64,000 bases of DNA from an uncultured delta proteobacterium (GCA_963745835.1 CAVUZH010000008.1:64001-128000); one strand, 5' to 3'; shown: positions 9,519 to 19,982, counted from the stretch's first letter. The notes: generated from the sequence alone by a model not told the origin. Made by a program: numbers and translations.

Positions 9519-10439
9519 ATGACGAATATGGACAAGGTTCGAAGTCTCCATGACGCTATCGCGCGAGACATCCATGACGGTTCTTCCATCGCCATGGGGT
9601 GCGGCCTCGAATCGTTGATTCCATTCGCCGCCAGCAACGAGATTATACGACAGAGGAAGAAAAACCTCACCTTGATCGCGCCGATATCCGACATGCAGTT
9701 CGACCAATTGATTGGCGCCGGTTGCGTAAAAAAGATCATCGCATCCTGGGTCGGCAATGTTGCCGCGGGTCTCGGTCACAATTACCGGCGGGCGGCCGAA
9801 TCCGGCATACCGCACCCGATTGAAATCGAGGATCACTCGAATTTTACCATCGGCCTAGGCTTGCAGGCTGCAGCCACCGGCTTGCCATTTTTGCCAACCA
9901 AATCCATTCGCGGCAGCGACATCAGCCGCGGCCCGCAGTTCGCCTCGGTGAAATGCCCGTTCACCGGCGATGAACTCCTTGCAGTCAAAGCGATCTCGCC
10001 CGATGTGACGATTCTTCACGTGCAAAGAGCCGATCGCCAAGGAAACGCGCACGCGTGGGGAAATTTCGGTGTCATGAAGGAAGCTGCCTTCGCGGCTAAA
10101 ACGGTAATTCTGACCTGCGAAGAAATCGTTGATCATGAGGTCATTTTGAGCGATCCGAACCGAACATTGATTCCCGGGTTCTTGGTTTCCAGCATCGTCC
10201 ATCAGCCATTCGGTTCGCACCCCTCGCCGGCTCAAGGCTATACCCGACGGGATGACTCTTTCTATTTCGAATACCACAAAGAGACTCGTTCTCTCGACGG
10301 TTTCAAGAAATGGCTGCAAACGTGGGTTTTCAGTGTCGCCGACCACGTTGAATTTCTCGAGCGACTCGGCGGAGAGCGGTTAAAAAACCTCGTGCCGCAG
10401 GAAAGTTTAGTGGCCGCGCCGGTAAATTTTAGCTATTGA
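9519..10439 (+). CDS. CoA-transferase subunit A (glutaconate CoA-transferase GctA-like)
   Basis: PFAASNEIIRQ, DQLIGAGCV, GLPFLP, PDVTILHVQRADRQGN, HPSPAQG. Confidence 0.9.
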   Translation: MTNMDKVRSLHDAIARDIHDGSSIAMGCGLESLIPFAASNEIIRQRKKNLTLIAPISDMQFDQLIGAGCVKKIIASWVGNVAAGLGHNYRRAAESGIPHPIEIEDHSNFTIGLGLQAAATGLPFLPTKSIRGSDISRGPQFASVKCPFTGDELLAVKAISPDVTILHVQRADRQGNAHAWGNFGVMKEAAFAAKTVILTCEEIVDHEVILSDPNRTLIPGFLVSSIVHQPFGSHPSPAQGYTRRDDSFYFEYHKETRSLDGFKKWLQTWVFSVADHVEFLERLGGERLKNLVPQESLVAAPVNFSY

Positions 10440-10471
10440 ATCAGGAAAACTATCATCACGCAGGAGGAGCC

Positions 10472-10909
10472 ATGAAGGCAGTACCCTTTTTTAAATTAAC
10501 TCAGGAAGGCGCCGACATCATTGTCAACACGGCCGTGGAAAAAGCCAAAGAGCTCAAGCAGATCGTCAGTATCGCGGTCGTCGATAGCGGCGGTCACCTG
10601 TTTTCATTCAAAAGAATGACTAATGGACGGACCCACAACACGATGATCGCGCTTGCCAAAGCCCGCTCGGCCGCGCTAACTACAGCGGCAACCGGCAAGA
10701 CCAACCGTGAAGGCGGCGAGATTCCCGATCACCAAGTTCTCGCGCAGACTCTGGCCGTCGGTCCCGGGTGGTTCATCAGCATTGAAGGCGGAATCCCTCT
10801 CACAATCGAGGGCCAATGCATTGCCGCCGTCGGTGTCAGTGGCGCTCCTGCCGCAGTCGACAAACAGATTTGCCAGGCCGGCATAGATGCGTTCAACAAG
10901 GCAGACTAG
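10472..10909 (+). CDS. GlcG/HbpS-family heme-binding protein
   Basis: VSIAVVDSGG, ALAKARSA, GGIPL, AVGVSGA. GGAGG RBS before ATG 10472. Confidence 0.88.
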   Translation: MKAVPFFKLTQEGADIIVNTAVEKAKELKQIVSIAVVDSGGHLFSFKRMTNGRTHNTMIALAKARSAALTTAATGKTNREGGEIPDHQVLAQTLAVGPGWFISIEGGIPLTIEGQCIAAVGVSGAPAAVDKQICQAGIDAFNKAD

Positions 10910-11045
10910 CTGCGATATTGTAGTGGCACAGACTCGCAACACCCGACGCCGGAATCTCAGCTCGAATTAGCCATGCTCTGTAGAAGACTCCGAGACAGCT
11001 CGTTCTTCGATCACTACTACGGATGAATCTCGGGACAGCTGCGCT

Positions 11046-11801
11046 ATGAATTACACGTTGCGAGAATTAATGGTTGCCGCCGCTTCCCGGGAAATCAGCG
11101 ACGGCGATAAAGTCTTTGTTGGCATGCGCCTGCCGCTCCTCGGCTTTGCCGTAGCCAAGGAAACTCATGCGCCTAGCGCAATTGGTATTTTCGAAAATGG
11201 GGTGGTCAGAGACTGGCCGGCGCTCGAATCGATTCTAACCATGAGCGATCCACCCAATGTGGCGCGCGCGTTGAGTTGCGCCGGACTGAACGACGTGATG
11301 CATCTTTTGCAGAGTAATCGAATCGACTTAGGTTTCATCGGCGGCGCGGAAGTGGATCGATTTGGCAACCTGAATACGCACTGGGTTGAAGAGAACCGCA
11401 AACCGATTCGTTTGCCGGGCAGCGGCGGCGCTGCGGACATCGCGACGATGGCTAAGCGGTGCATCATCATCATGAACCATGAACGGCGCCGTTTCCCAGC
11501 CAGAGTTCATTACATCACCTCTCCCGGCTTTGGCGACGGCGCTGATTGGCGCTCGCGCAACGGTCTCATCGGCGGAGGGCCGAGCCGGGTGATTACCAGC
11601 ATGGGCATATTCTCATTCGATGACAACACGCGTGAAATGATGCTAACCGCAAACCATCCGGGAGTGAGCATCGAGAACATCAAGAATGAAACGGATTGGC
11701 CGCTTCAGATTGCGCCGGGCATCAAGGAGACTGCGGCTCCGACTGACGATGAACTGTCTGCGATCAGAAAATACGATCCAAACAGGGTCTGGACATCGTA
11801 G
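11046..11801 (+). CDS. CoA-transferase subunit B (GctB-like)
   Basis: FVGMRLP, FENG, GFIGGAEVDRFGNLN, RLPGSGGAADIA, YITSPG. Confidence 0.9.
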   Translation: MNYTLRELMVAAASREISDGDKVFVGMRLPLLGFAVAKETHAPSAIGIFENGVVRDWPALESILTMSDPPNVARALSCAGLNDVMHLLQSNRIDLGFIGGAEVDRFGNLNTHWVEENRKPIRLPGSGGAADIATMAKRCIIIMNHERRRFPARVHYITSPGFGDGADWRSRNGLIGGGPSRVITSMGIFSFDDNTREMMLTANHPGVSIENIKNETDWPLQIAPGIKETAAPTDDELSAIRKYDPNRVWTS

Positions 11802-11971
11802 GCGTCGCCCAGCCGGGTCCGCATTTAAATTCGGCTTCAGTGTGCAGTGGTGCTATCCATGTGGCGGCGTGAACTTGGCATGACGACCGCCACGCGAAAA
11901 TACGGGCATAGGACCGCATTACAAGCATCTGAAATCCTATGCCCCTCTGCGATAGGTCTGAACCGTTCGCT

Positions 11972-12484
11972 CTAGCCGTCCACCCGCACCGAGGTGATGA
12001 CAACCGGATCCACCGGAACGTCTTGATGCATTCCGCTGTTATGCGTCTTTACCTTTTCAATCTTCTGCACCACGTCCATGCCGTCGATGACGCGAGCGAA
12101 AACTGCATATCCGAACGCATCCGCAGACGTGCTCCTGTGATCCAGGAAATCGTTATCTTTAACGTTGATGAAAAACTGAGCGGTAGCGCTGTCGACGACG
12201 TTGGTCCGCGCCATCGCCACCGTGGCGTTTTTGTTTTTCAAACCGTTAGTCGCTTCGTTCTTAATTGGCGACTTGGTGCTCTTCTGTTTCATCTGCGGGT
12301 CCATCCCGCCACCCTGAATCATGAAACCGGGAATCACCCGATGAAAAATCAGACCGTCGTAAAATCCGTCATTGACATAATCCAGGAAATTTTTCGTCGT
12401 AATCGGCGCCTTATCCGCTTCAAGTTCGATTCGTATGTCTCCCATGCTCGTCGCTACGGTTACCGTCGGGTTCTTTTCTGCCAT
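11972..12484 (-). CDS. Cyclophilin-type peptidyl-prolyl isomerase (PpiA/PpiB family)
   Basis: [19 protein letters not shown]...[22 protein letters not shown] before MAEKNP. Confidence 0.95.
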   Translation of the reverse strand: MAEKNPTVTVATSMGDIRIELEADKAPITTKNFLDYVNDGFYDGLIFHRVIPGFMIQGGGMDPQMKQKSTKSPIKNEATNGLKNKNATVAMARTNVVDSATAQFFINVKDNDFLDHRSTSADAFGYAVFARVIDGMDVVQKIEKVKTHNSGMHQDVPVDPVVITSVRVDG

Positions 12485-12621
12485 TACCGCCTCCTGCGTG
12501 AGATGATAGATTTCTATCACCTTTGGTTTCAGTTCGAAATGGATATCGGCTGGAATTGTCGGCGACGGTGCGATATGGGTACGGAAACTTAATATGTGAT
12601 CCAAACCCGAAAGGAGTCTTT

Positions 12622-13539
12622 ATGCCCAGTGACAGAAAGATCGAAGGGATTTTGATGCCGATGCCGGTGGCATTCAAGAACGACGGCGCCATCGACCACA
12701 GTGCGACTGACGCCATCATCGATTTCTATCTTGCGTCGGGAGTGCACGGCTTTTTTCCTTTAGGCACTCACGGTCAAGGCATGGTTATGGAGATCGACGA
12801 GCGCAAGAAGGTGGCTGAGCAGATCGTTAAGCGAGTTGCCGGAAAAGTCCCCGTCGTCATGCACATCGGCACGGCCAATACCTATTCCTCCATCGAACTG
12901 GCCAAGCACGCGGCCAGCCTTGGCGTGGACGCTATTGGAGTTGTACCCCCATACTATTATCCCCACGACGATTACGAAGTGTACGCTCACTACAAGGCGA
13001 TTGCCAAGTCGGTACCGGGCGTGCCGCTCTTTATCTACGACAACACCGAAACGACGTGGGTCGAGATTACTCCAGCCAAAGCTAACAAAATCATCGAAGC
13101 GATCGCGCCCAACCCGCTTGCCGGCATCAAGGTTTCTTTCATCGCCTACGACAAACTGCTGGGTTACGTATACCAACTGCCGAAGTCTACCGGAGTTTTT
13201 CCAGGCGGGATTTTTTCGCTGTATACGGGTTACTCCGTGGGCGTGCGCGGCGCGATTCATCCGCCGTCAACGCCTTTCCCGGAAGCGTGTGTAAAAATGT
13301 ACGAAGCCCTGAAACTGGGCGACCTCAAAGGAGCGCAAAAGGAACACGATCTGCTCACCCGGCTCATGCAGGTGGTCGGCAAGTATTTGAAGACCCACGG
13401 TCGCGGCGTGTTCTGCGAGCTGATGAAGCTCCGCGGTTTGCAAGTGGAGCGCTTCCCGCGCTGGGAAACGATGCCTTTTACGGAGAAAGACAAGGCCGAA
13501 CTCAAAGAAGGCTTGAATAACGCTGGTTTCAAACTATAA
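12622..13539 (+). CDS. Dihydrodipicolinate synthase / N-acetylneuraminate lyase family aldolase
   Basis: GTHGQ, VVPPYY, FIYDN, GIK Schiff-base Lys. AAGGAG RBS. Confidence 0.88.
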   Translation: MPSDRKIEGILMPMPVAFKNDGAIDHSATDAIIDFYLASGVHGFFPLGTHGQGMVMEIDERKKVAEQIVKRVAGKVPVVMHIGTANTYSSIELAKHAASLGVDAIGVVPPYYYPHDDYEVYAHYKAIAKSVPGVPLFIYDNTETTWVEITPAKANKIIEAIAPNPLAGIKVSFIAYDKLLGYVYQLPKSTGVFPGGIFSLYTGYSVGVRGAIHPPSTPFPEACVKMYEALKLGDLKGAQKEHDLLTRLMQVVGKYLKTHGRGVFCELMKLRGLQVERFPRWETMPFTEKDKAELKEGLNNAGFKL

Positions 13540-13970
13540 CGCTCGAGTCCGCAAGCATCGACCAACGATTAGCGGACGAGATCAAACATCGCATGTACAC
13601 GCCCTGGAATGAGCAATTTCGGCGGCGCGTTCATGCGATCTCGAAGCCGGCAAATTGCCAATCGAAAGCATTCGCCTCTTCGGTGTGAACATCCGGTAAC
13701 GCAATTCGCAGACGTGGCGAGAGTTTTGGCTCCTACGATTAAATTTACCGCTTCGATTCAAAGGATTGCGAAATTTCTTGTGAAGAAATGCCAAGGAGAT
13801 CCGTAGGCGACATCTCGCTACCTCTCGATTTAATTTGCTCTCCTTGATCGAAACAAAACCGAGGTAGGCCGCTATTTGTTTGGACTCATAACTCAAGTCC
13901 TGCCGTCGGTGCTCATCCTTGCTACAGTGCTCTGGTTGGGATAGAGTCCGGCGCGTAACCTTTTTCCTTC

Positions 13971-14657
13971 AGCCGTACTGGCGCGTAAGAGGTAGAAGGC
14001 CCCACCACACCCTCATCGGTGGCATGTCCTTTGGCTCCGGATCGATAGGCTATTAACGGTTCTGACTCACTTCCTCTTCCAATATCCAAAGGCTATCAAG
14101 AGCTTTAAAGGAGCGTTATGAATCCTCTATTGATCATCGCCATCCCCTTAGCGTTGGTGATTCTGGGCATGATACTGAACAGCACTGGGCTGTCTTTCGA
14201 TCAACCGGCGAGCTCACCCGAGCAAGATCCGATTAAAAAATTGACCGCGGAAAAGGATGCTTATCGTAAATTTTTCGATCTGCAGAGAAGCCGATCCCTA
14301 AAACGGCAGAAACGGATAAGCCAATACAGCTGGCTTGTGATGGCCGCATTCATCGGCGCATTCATTTGGCTGTATACGGATACGGTGAATAAGACCAGTC
14401 TTTCCAGCCGAATCGCCGCGCTTCAGACCCTGGGCACAGAAGAAGGTAAACAGATGGTTTTATCGGTGACGTTGAGCGACGGGAACAACGTAAAATACCT
14501 CGTCAAGCTTCCTCAAGCCGAAAAGTTGGAAGCTGCTCCAAAGGAAGGTTCGACGGTAGAAAAGGTGTCGTCTTGGGAACTCGAGAGATTAGGCACGGCC
14601 TTAAGCGTCGGCAATAGTCCTTTACCGTTAGGCATGGCGTTGAAAATTTCCCACTAA
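13971..14657 (+). repeat. Gene plus about 150-nt leader, diverged inverted copy of 18955-19672
   Basis: The two proteins align end to end and the upstream non-coding blocks are shared (see findings). Confidence 0.85.
14118..14657 (+). CDS. Hypothetical two-TM membrane protein, paralog of 18955-19518
   Basis: AAGGAG RBS. The paralog conserves MNPL.IIA.PLALVI, QYSWLVMAAFIGAFIWLYTDTVNKTSLSSRIA and EKVSSWELERLGTALS. Confidence 0.85.
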   Translation: MNPLLIIAIPLALVILGMILNSTGLSFDQPASSPEQDPIKKLTAEKDAYRKFFDLQRSRSLKRQKRISQYSWLVMAAFIGAFIWLYTDTVNKTSLSSRIAALQTLGTEEGKQMVLSVTLSDGNNVKYLVKLPQAEKLEAAPKEGSTVEKVSSWELERLGTALSVGNSPLPLGMALKISH

Positions 14658-14690
14658 CGAAGTCAGACAAGCAGATTGAATAGGTTCAAC

Positions 14691-14722
14691 GGGCTCGAGG
14701 CGCCGAACGGCGCCTTGAGTTC
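14691..14722 (+). terminator. Hairpin after the 14118-14657 gene
   Basis: GGGCTCGAGGCGCCG-aa-CGGCGCCTTGAGTTC inverted repeat. Confidence 0.55.
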
Positions 14723-14886
14723 ATCTTCCACAGAGAATCCGTCGAAGACCCTGAGAGCATCAGTCCTAACAGGTGCTATTTCATCTGGCCGCTCCGATCA
14801 GTCCTAGAGCTCTGACACAGATTCGAAACGGCAACCTTCCGGTGAGACATACCTTCGCGAGTACTTACTCGACGATATAGAACTGA

Positions 14887-15117
14887 TCAGGGCTTTTGGT
14901 TCTTATCGATCCATTCCTGTGCTTTTTGCGCCGCGTAACGGTCGGCCTCATTCTTAGTCGGCAATGTGTGACTGAATTGATACTGATGTGACGGGAAATC
15001 GTTTGCTTCGGTTACCTGCCGGGTAATTGTGTATTGAGGAACCCAGCTACCGTGCTTCTCCCGCTGGAATGATTCACAACCGATGAGATAGTTTTTGTAC
15101 AGAAGAGTATTATTCAC
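14887..15117 (-). CDS. Small 'YK...PTKxEA...WID' protein (CV_2116/HlyU-like, tentative), paralog of 20882-21112
   Basis: 76 aa from GTG, reading frame conserved between the two copies. Confidence 0.7.
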   Translation of the reverse strand: MNNTLLYKNYLIGCESFQREKHGSWVPQYTITRQVTEANDFPSHQYQFSHTLPTKNEADRYAAQKAQEWIDKNQKP

Positions 15118-15172
15118 GGTAACCCCCGATGAAGACGCTCGCAATTACGCCCGCCGCGTTTACAAAAAATTT

Positions 15173-15252
15173 TTAGCGCTCGACAATTTTGACTGATGGT
15201 TCTCAAGCCACTCCAGCATCCGCCGCAAACTACCTGTCGCCAGCCCGATGCT
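15173..15252 (-). pseudogene. 3'-terminal remnant of the GH130 glycosidase gene
   Basis: Matches the last about 26 codons (SIGLATGSLR.MLEWLE.HQSK...ER*) of 21167-22126. Confidence 0.8.
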
Positions 15253-15282
15253 CGTTAGGATGCGACATCGCGGGAACGCAAG

Positions 15283-15513
15283 TCATTTCAATCCATGCTT
15301 ATGAGGGATAGGTTTGCCATCGTCAATCCATTTTTTGGCGACTTCGAGGGCAAAACGTGCAGCTTCTGCTTTGGTAGGAAACGGCTGGTTTATTTTCAAC
15401 GTCTCGAAGACGAGGGGAGCCAGTTGTCTATTGATGCGAAGCTCCGGCGTGAAGCCGTCGACGCGGCCCCAGGTGGTGATTAGAATGCTGTGCGATTTGT
15501 AGTAGTGGTCCAT
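15283..15513 (-). CDS. Small 'YK...FPTKAEA...WID' protein
   Basis: MDHYYKSHSI...FPTKAEAARFALEVAKKWIDDG, with GAGG RBS. Confidence 0.7.
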   Translation of the reverse strand: MDHYYKSHSILITTWGRVDGFTPELRINRQLAPLVFETLKINQPFPTKAEAARFALEVAKKWIDDGKPIPHKHGLK

Positions 15514-15654
15514 AGGCTTTGTTCCTCTAGACGCTATCTTTGCTCATTCAATGACGGATTGCTGTCTAGTACGAGACACGTCTCAAACATTATACAGGCT
15601 AAAGGACTGACCTCATTAATCCGTGCTATTAACCCCGCCCTCGTTAGAACGGGC

Positions 15655-15861
15655 TTACCGACTATCGATCCATTTTCGAGTGTCTGCGATCGCCTCCATC
15701 TGTGTTTCTTGGGGACTCGTAAAACTCTTGTCAGAAGTGTACGTGGTGAATTCTTCTCGCCCCCCCACCCAATGTACATTAGCGATAAATGTCCAGCCTT
15801 TCCCATCAATAGTTGGCTTAGTCTCTATGTTAAAGCCATGACCTTTGTACCGATAGTCCAT
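15655..15861 (-). CDS. Small 'YKG...F.S..E...WID' protein
   Basis: MDYRYKGHGFNI...W...SFTSPQETQMEAIADTRKWIDSR, with GAGG RBS. Confidence 0.7.
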   Translation of the reverse strand: MDYRYKGHGFNIETKPTIDGKGWTFIANVHWVGGREEFTTYTSDKSFTSPQETQMEAIADTRKWIDSR

Positions 15862-16054
15862 CAGATGGCCTCAGGGATCATGGGCGAGTCAGTAGTCATT
15901 TAAGAGCCTTCCAGTTTTGCGAGGTTAATAAACCTCGATCAAGAGGCATCATCACTAGATAGTCGTTGGGGTCGATATAGCGTTTAAGTTTCTGCAAACA
16001 CTTTTGGCGGCTCGTCCAGTTTGACTCGGAGAACCTTACGTAGATTTCCAATCT

Positions 16055-16999
16055 TTAGTCCCTCGGTTTAGCGCTTCGCGCACAGTCCACGGAGATGGCT
16101 TTAGATCCGTACCGGCTCGCGTAGACTTGGGTTAACTTGGCACCGAAGAAGAACATAAGTGATGAATAGTAGATCCACAAAAGCAGCGTCACCACTGAAC
16201 CGGCCGCACCATAAATGGATGTGGCCGTGCTGTGACCCAGATAAAACGCGATCAAGAATTTGCCGGCGGAAAATAGCAAGGACGTCATGGCAGCTCCCAT
16301 CCAGACATCCCGCCATTCAATGCGCACGTCAGGCACGAATTTATATATCGCGGCGAACAGCAGTGTGTTGAACGCAAACGAGAAAGCGAGATCTAAAGCG
16401 TATGCCGTAGCAGCGTCGATGGTCAGAAAGCCGCCGAGTATTCCCGAAATCACTGCTAACGCCGCGCTGATTATTAAAGAGACGAGTAACAAGAAGCCGA
16501 CGCTTAACACCATTAAATAAGAAATCAAACGGTCCTGCAAAAACCCTCTGACCCCTCGACCGGTTCTCGGCATGACTCGCCAAATTGTATTAAGCGATTC
16601 TTGCAGCTGTCCTACTACACCTCCCGCCCCCAAAAACAAGAAAATGATGGCTATAACAGAGGCGAAAAAACCTGAGTCGGGCCTTTGACCTGCGCTTTCG
16701 ATTATCGCCTGGATTGCCTGCGCGCCACGAACTCCGATGAAATCCTCAATCACACCGATAATCTGAAGTTGGGAAGCGTCCCGCCCAAACACTAAGCCAG
16801 CGACTGCGATCGCGATCAACAGGAGAGGAGCTATGGAAAATAAGGTGTAATAAGCCAGCGCGGCCGCTAATTGGAGAGGGTTATCGTCGAGCCATTGAAC
16901 AAAGGTATCCTTGATGAGCATCCACAGCGCTTTCAGAGTTATTGCCCTTGTGGAGGACTGCTCTCGGCCGGCGACTCTGTGAGTGGCCCCGTTGCTCAT
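16055..16999 (-). CDS. YihY/BrkB family membrane protein
   Basis: AAALAYYTLFSIAPLL, LNTIW, YKFVPD, YGAAGS...LLWIYYS...FFFGA. Confidence 0.93.
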   Translation of the reverse strand: MSNGATHRVAGREQSSTRAITLKALWMLIKDTFVQWLDDNPLQLAAALAYYTLFSIAPLLLIAIAVAGLVFGRDASQLQIIGVIEDFIGVRGAQAIQAIIESAGQRPDSGFFASVIAIIFLFLGAGGVVGQLQESLNTIWRVMPRTGRGVRGFLQDRLISYLMVLSVGFLLLVSLIISAALAVISGILGGFLTIDAATAYALDLAFSFAFNTLLFAAIYKFVPDVRIEWRDVWMGAAMTSLLFSAGKFLIAFYLGHSTATSIYGAAGSVVTLLLWIYYSSLMFFFGAKLTQVYASRYGSKAISVDCARSAKPRD

Positions 17000-17220
17000 G
17001 GCGTAATCCGTAAGTCGGGTCGGCTGCAGAAGCTTTGTGGCGGGATGACTTCAGTTTTTTCTCGATAACGTGACGGCGATTTCATGGACATCTCCAGTGT
17101 GTCCGCCTAGAGCGAACGGCAAGTACAATTACCGCATTTACGTTAGCAGCTCCGGCTATTCTCCATCTTTACGTTTGTACTGTACCGAAGAGGACAATGA
17201 ACTCACGGTCCTATAGGACG

Positions 17221-17709
17221 TCAGGCAAGCGAGAACGCGAATGGATCGCTCCGCATCAGCATTTCTCTAACTTCGCCGCGATGCTGTTTCTGCTGTTCAG
17301 AAATCTGTTGCAGCAATTTGACGACGTCGGGAATATCGGATTCGATACCTCGCAGTTGTTGTGCTAGATGATCGGCGCTGCGATTTTCGTCATCTAGGGC
17401 GATCATCAACTGTTGCCAACTGTTTTCGTCTGTTGAACGACGCTCGGGTACGCTCGGCAGCTTACCTCCAAGTGCAACGATCGCCTCGGCAATCCGGTCT
17501 GCATATTTGGTTTTTTCGCCCGATATCTGGAGGAGTTTTTCTCGAAACTGGGGATAATGCATCTTGTCGGCGTGTTGGTTAAATCGGTCGCGCTGCTGCG
17601 TTTCTTCGACGTAGCGCTGCTGCAAGATGTTGATGGCTTGACGAAAGCTATCCTGAGGCAAATCTAAAAACCGACTCCACCACTCCGACCACTGCTTGGT
17701 CGTGGCCAT
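17221..17709 (-). CDS. Ferritin-like four-helix-bundle protein
   Basis: Helical protein with RY.EE...HA, I.ALGG, DDENRS, EQQKQH pattern (degenerate ExxH). AAGGAG RBS. Confidence 0.7.
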   Translation of the reverse strand: MATTKQWSEWWSRFLDLPQDSFRQAINILQQRYVEETQQRDRFNQHADKMHYPQFREKLLQISGEKTKYADRIAEAIVALGGKLPSVPERRSTDENSWQQLMIALDDENRSADHLAQQLRGIESDIPDVVKLLQQISEQQKQHRGEVREMLMRSDPFAFSLA

Positions 17710-17927
17710 AACGTTCTCCTTTAGCTGACACTACTGCGCCCGTAAATGAAAACTCTGTCTACTACTGAACAATGTTTGAAATATTCAAAACACTCAATGT
17801 CGTTTGGGGCCGTGCTGCTGAGCCGGCGGTTTAAAGCGGGCGCATCATGAATGAGGTCCTTGGAGCTATTGTCACGATCACAAAAATTGGACAAGATGGA
17901 CACAGGCCCTCAAAGGAGAAACTTGCC

Positions 17928-18172
17928 ATGCAATTGTTGCTGATCGTGGCATTAGGGCTAGCCATTTTAACTGTCATCTTGCATTGCAAAATCCGATTCC
18001 TGTTGGTGTCACTTTTCTTATTTGGAGATTTGAAGGCTCCTTGGCCTTGGTGCTGATATCAACATTCGCGTTGGGAGTAATAGTGAGTTTATTGATATCG
18101 ATTCCTGCTATCGTAAAAAGAAGATCGACAATTTCCAAATCAGACGAAGAAAATAACCGAGCTAGAGAATAG
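17928..18172 (+). pseudogene. LapA/DUF1049-family membrane protein, frameshifted near 17978
   Basis: AAGGAG-ATG MQLLLIVALGLAILTVI joins ALQNPIPVGVTFLIWRFEGSLALVLISTFALG in another frame. Confidence 0.7.
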
Positions 18173-18894
18173 CTCACGGGAAAGGATCCCACCGTCTTGT
18201 TGAGCCAGCTACGGGAATGGTAGCTTGCTCTGTTCACCTCCTGACACACTGATGAATTAAGGCGGCGATTGACCTTGCGTCAGAAAAGATTCTGAGTTTC
18301 GAAGATAAACCGATCGGCTCCTTAGGACAAACCGGCTCCGTGTAGCTACTTTGAACGATCCTCCATTACCGAGTCTCAAACGGAACCCCGCCGGATAGGT
18401 TTTCTATGGGAAATCTTTTGAACACGGCCGCTGGAATCACGTCTCACGACGCCACAAGATCTACCTCGCTTGCTCTACTTTCTTGCGTCTGCGGCGCAGG
18501 ATTGTATGGTGAACGCCCAAAGCTGCACCTCATGAAGTTCGGCACCCATTGATCGTAAGCTTCCGGGATCGCTCTCTCCCCGCTTTTTGCCAGTTCCGCT
18601 GCAGCGGTAATCCAATCTAGCAGTAAGCGGCTTTTGTGTTAGGATGCTCGAGCACGAGGCCGCCTTTCAGTACCGTCAGACTTCGATTTACGAAGATCCG
18701 GCTCCGCTTCAAATCCACGCAGTCCGATCTTAATCCGTTCAGTTCACCCATGGCGGACTCCGCAGAATATTGCGGTTATGTGTTTGACCCGTTCCAGGCT
18801 CAGCGTTAGAGAGATGCAAGCGGTTGTTCCAGGTTTAAGGTTTAACTGTTCAAGAGAAACTAACTGGAGACAACTTAACGTCGAGGTAACAATC

Positions 18895-18930
18895 TCAGGC
18901 TTGAGGTGCAACTCGCCACCTCAAGCCTGA
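18895..18930 (-). terminator. 14-bp-stem hairpin after the 18955 gene
   Basis: TCAGGCTTGAGGTG-caactcgc-CACCTCAAGCCTGA perfect inverted repeat. Confidence 0.65.
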
Positions 18931-18954
18931 TGTGGATCCCTAGAATCCCGGACT

Positions 18955-19518
18955 CTATCTGGCTGCGACTGCTGCTTGGGACATCTGCAGCGCGATGCCG
19001 TTTGGCAGTGAATTATTGCCGATGCTCAAAGCCGTGCCCAGTCTCTCCAGCTCCCAGGATGAGACCTTTTCTTTGGTAACGGCTTCTTGTGCTTTAGTGG
19101 TTTCCGCCAGTTTGTCGGCTTGAGGTAATTTAATCAGATATTTGACGTTGGTGCCGTCGCTCTGTGTCACCGACAGGACCATCTGCTTGCCTTCTTCCGT
19201 TGCCAAGGTTTGCATCCCGGCAATGCGACTCGACAGGCTGGTCTTGTTGACGGTATCGGTATAGAGCCAGATGAAGGCGCCGATAAAGGCGGCCATCACC
19301 AACCAGCTATACTGGCCCACCCTTTTCTGCCTGGTGACCGATCGGGTTCTCTGGAGATTGAAGAACTTCCGGTAGGTCTCCTTATCCGCCGCCAGTTTTT
19401 TCGTAGGATCTTGTTCTTGTGAACTCGGTGGTTGATCGTAAGCAAGGCCGGTGCTGTTCAAAATCATGCCTATAATCACCAACGCTAACGGGACGGCGAT
19501 AATATATAAAGGATTCAT
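18955..19518 (-). CDS. Hypothetical two-TM membrane protein, paralog of 14118-14657
   Basis: Full-length similarity to the paralog. AAGGAG RBS. Confidence 0.85.
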   Translation of the reverse strand: MNPLYIIAVPLALVIIGMILNSTGLAYDQPPSSQEQDPTKKLAADKETYRKFFNLQRTRSVTRQKRVGQYSWLVMAAFIGAFIWLYTDTVNKTSLSSRIAGMQTLATEEGKQMVLSVTQSDGTNVKYLIKLPQADKLAETTKAQEAVTKEKVSSWELERLGTALSIGNNSLPNGIALQMSQAAVAAR

Positions 19519-19982
19519 AAACTCTCTCCTTGAAGGGCTCCTGATAGCCTTCGGATATTGGAAGAGGGAGTGGGAACCGCGGAATACGTTCGCTAGTCAA
19601 ACCGGAGCGGAAGCCCATGCCACTGCTCAGAGCGTGGCCCAGTCTTCTTTACCTCTTGCGCGCCATTACAGCTTTCGAAGATCCATTACACAGCTGCGTG
19701 TCTAGTTAACGGTAACCATCGTCTGGCTGAGAAGCAATTGCGTCTTGTCTAATAGTGAACAAGGTGAAAAGAATAATTTGCAACAGGGGAATCATGCCCG
19801 ATTGGCCGCGCAGTTATTCCACCGTGCAACCTTCGATGTTTCGAAAGAAACGCGTTCAGCCGCTTATCTATCTTTATATATCGCTTTTAGAGAACCTGGA
19901 CCCACAGCTCCGGCGTAACCAATCGTGGCAACGCCTCTTTTCGACCTATACATCATTTTGCTTGGCGTTGAGGGGGCCTTTT

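Larger units (their letters stand above)
14887..15252 (-). repeat. Direct-repeat copy of 20882-21247 (GH130 3' end + spacer + small gene)
   Basis: Colinear similarity over about 366 bp, e.g. TCTCAAGCCACTCCAGCATC...CAAACTACCTGTCGCCAGCCCGATGCT in both copies. Confidence 0.9.

Noticed and set aside
14020-14036. Sigma54 promoter in the conserved leader (TGGCATG...GC)
   Set aside because: The GG-to-GC spacing is one base too long in both paralogous copies.
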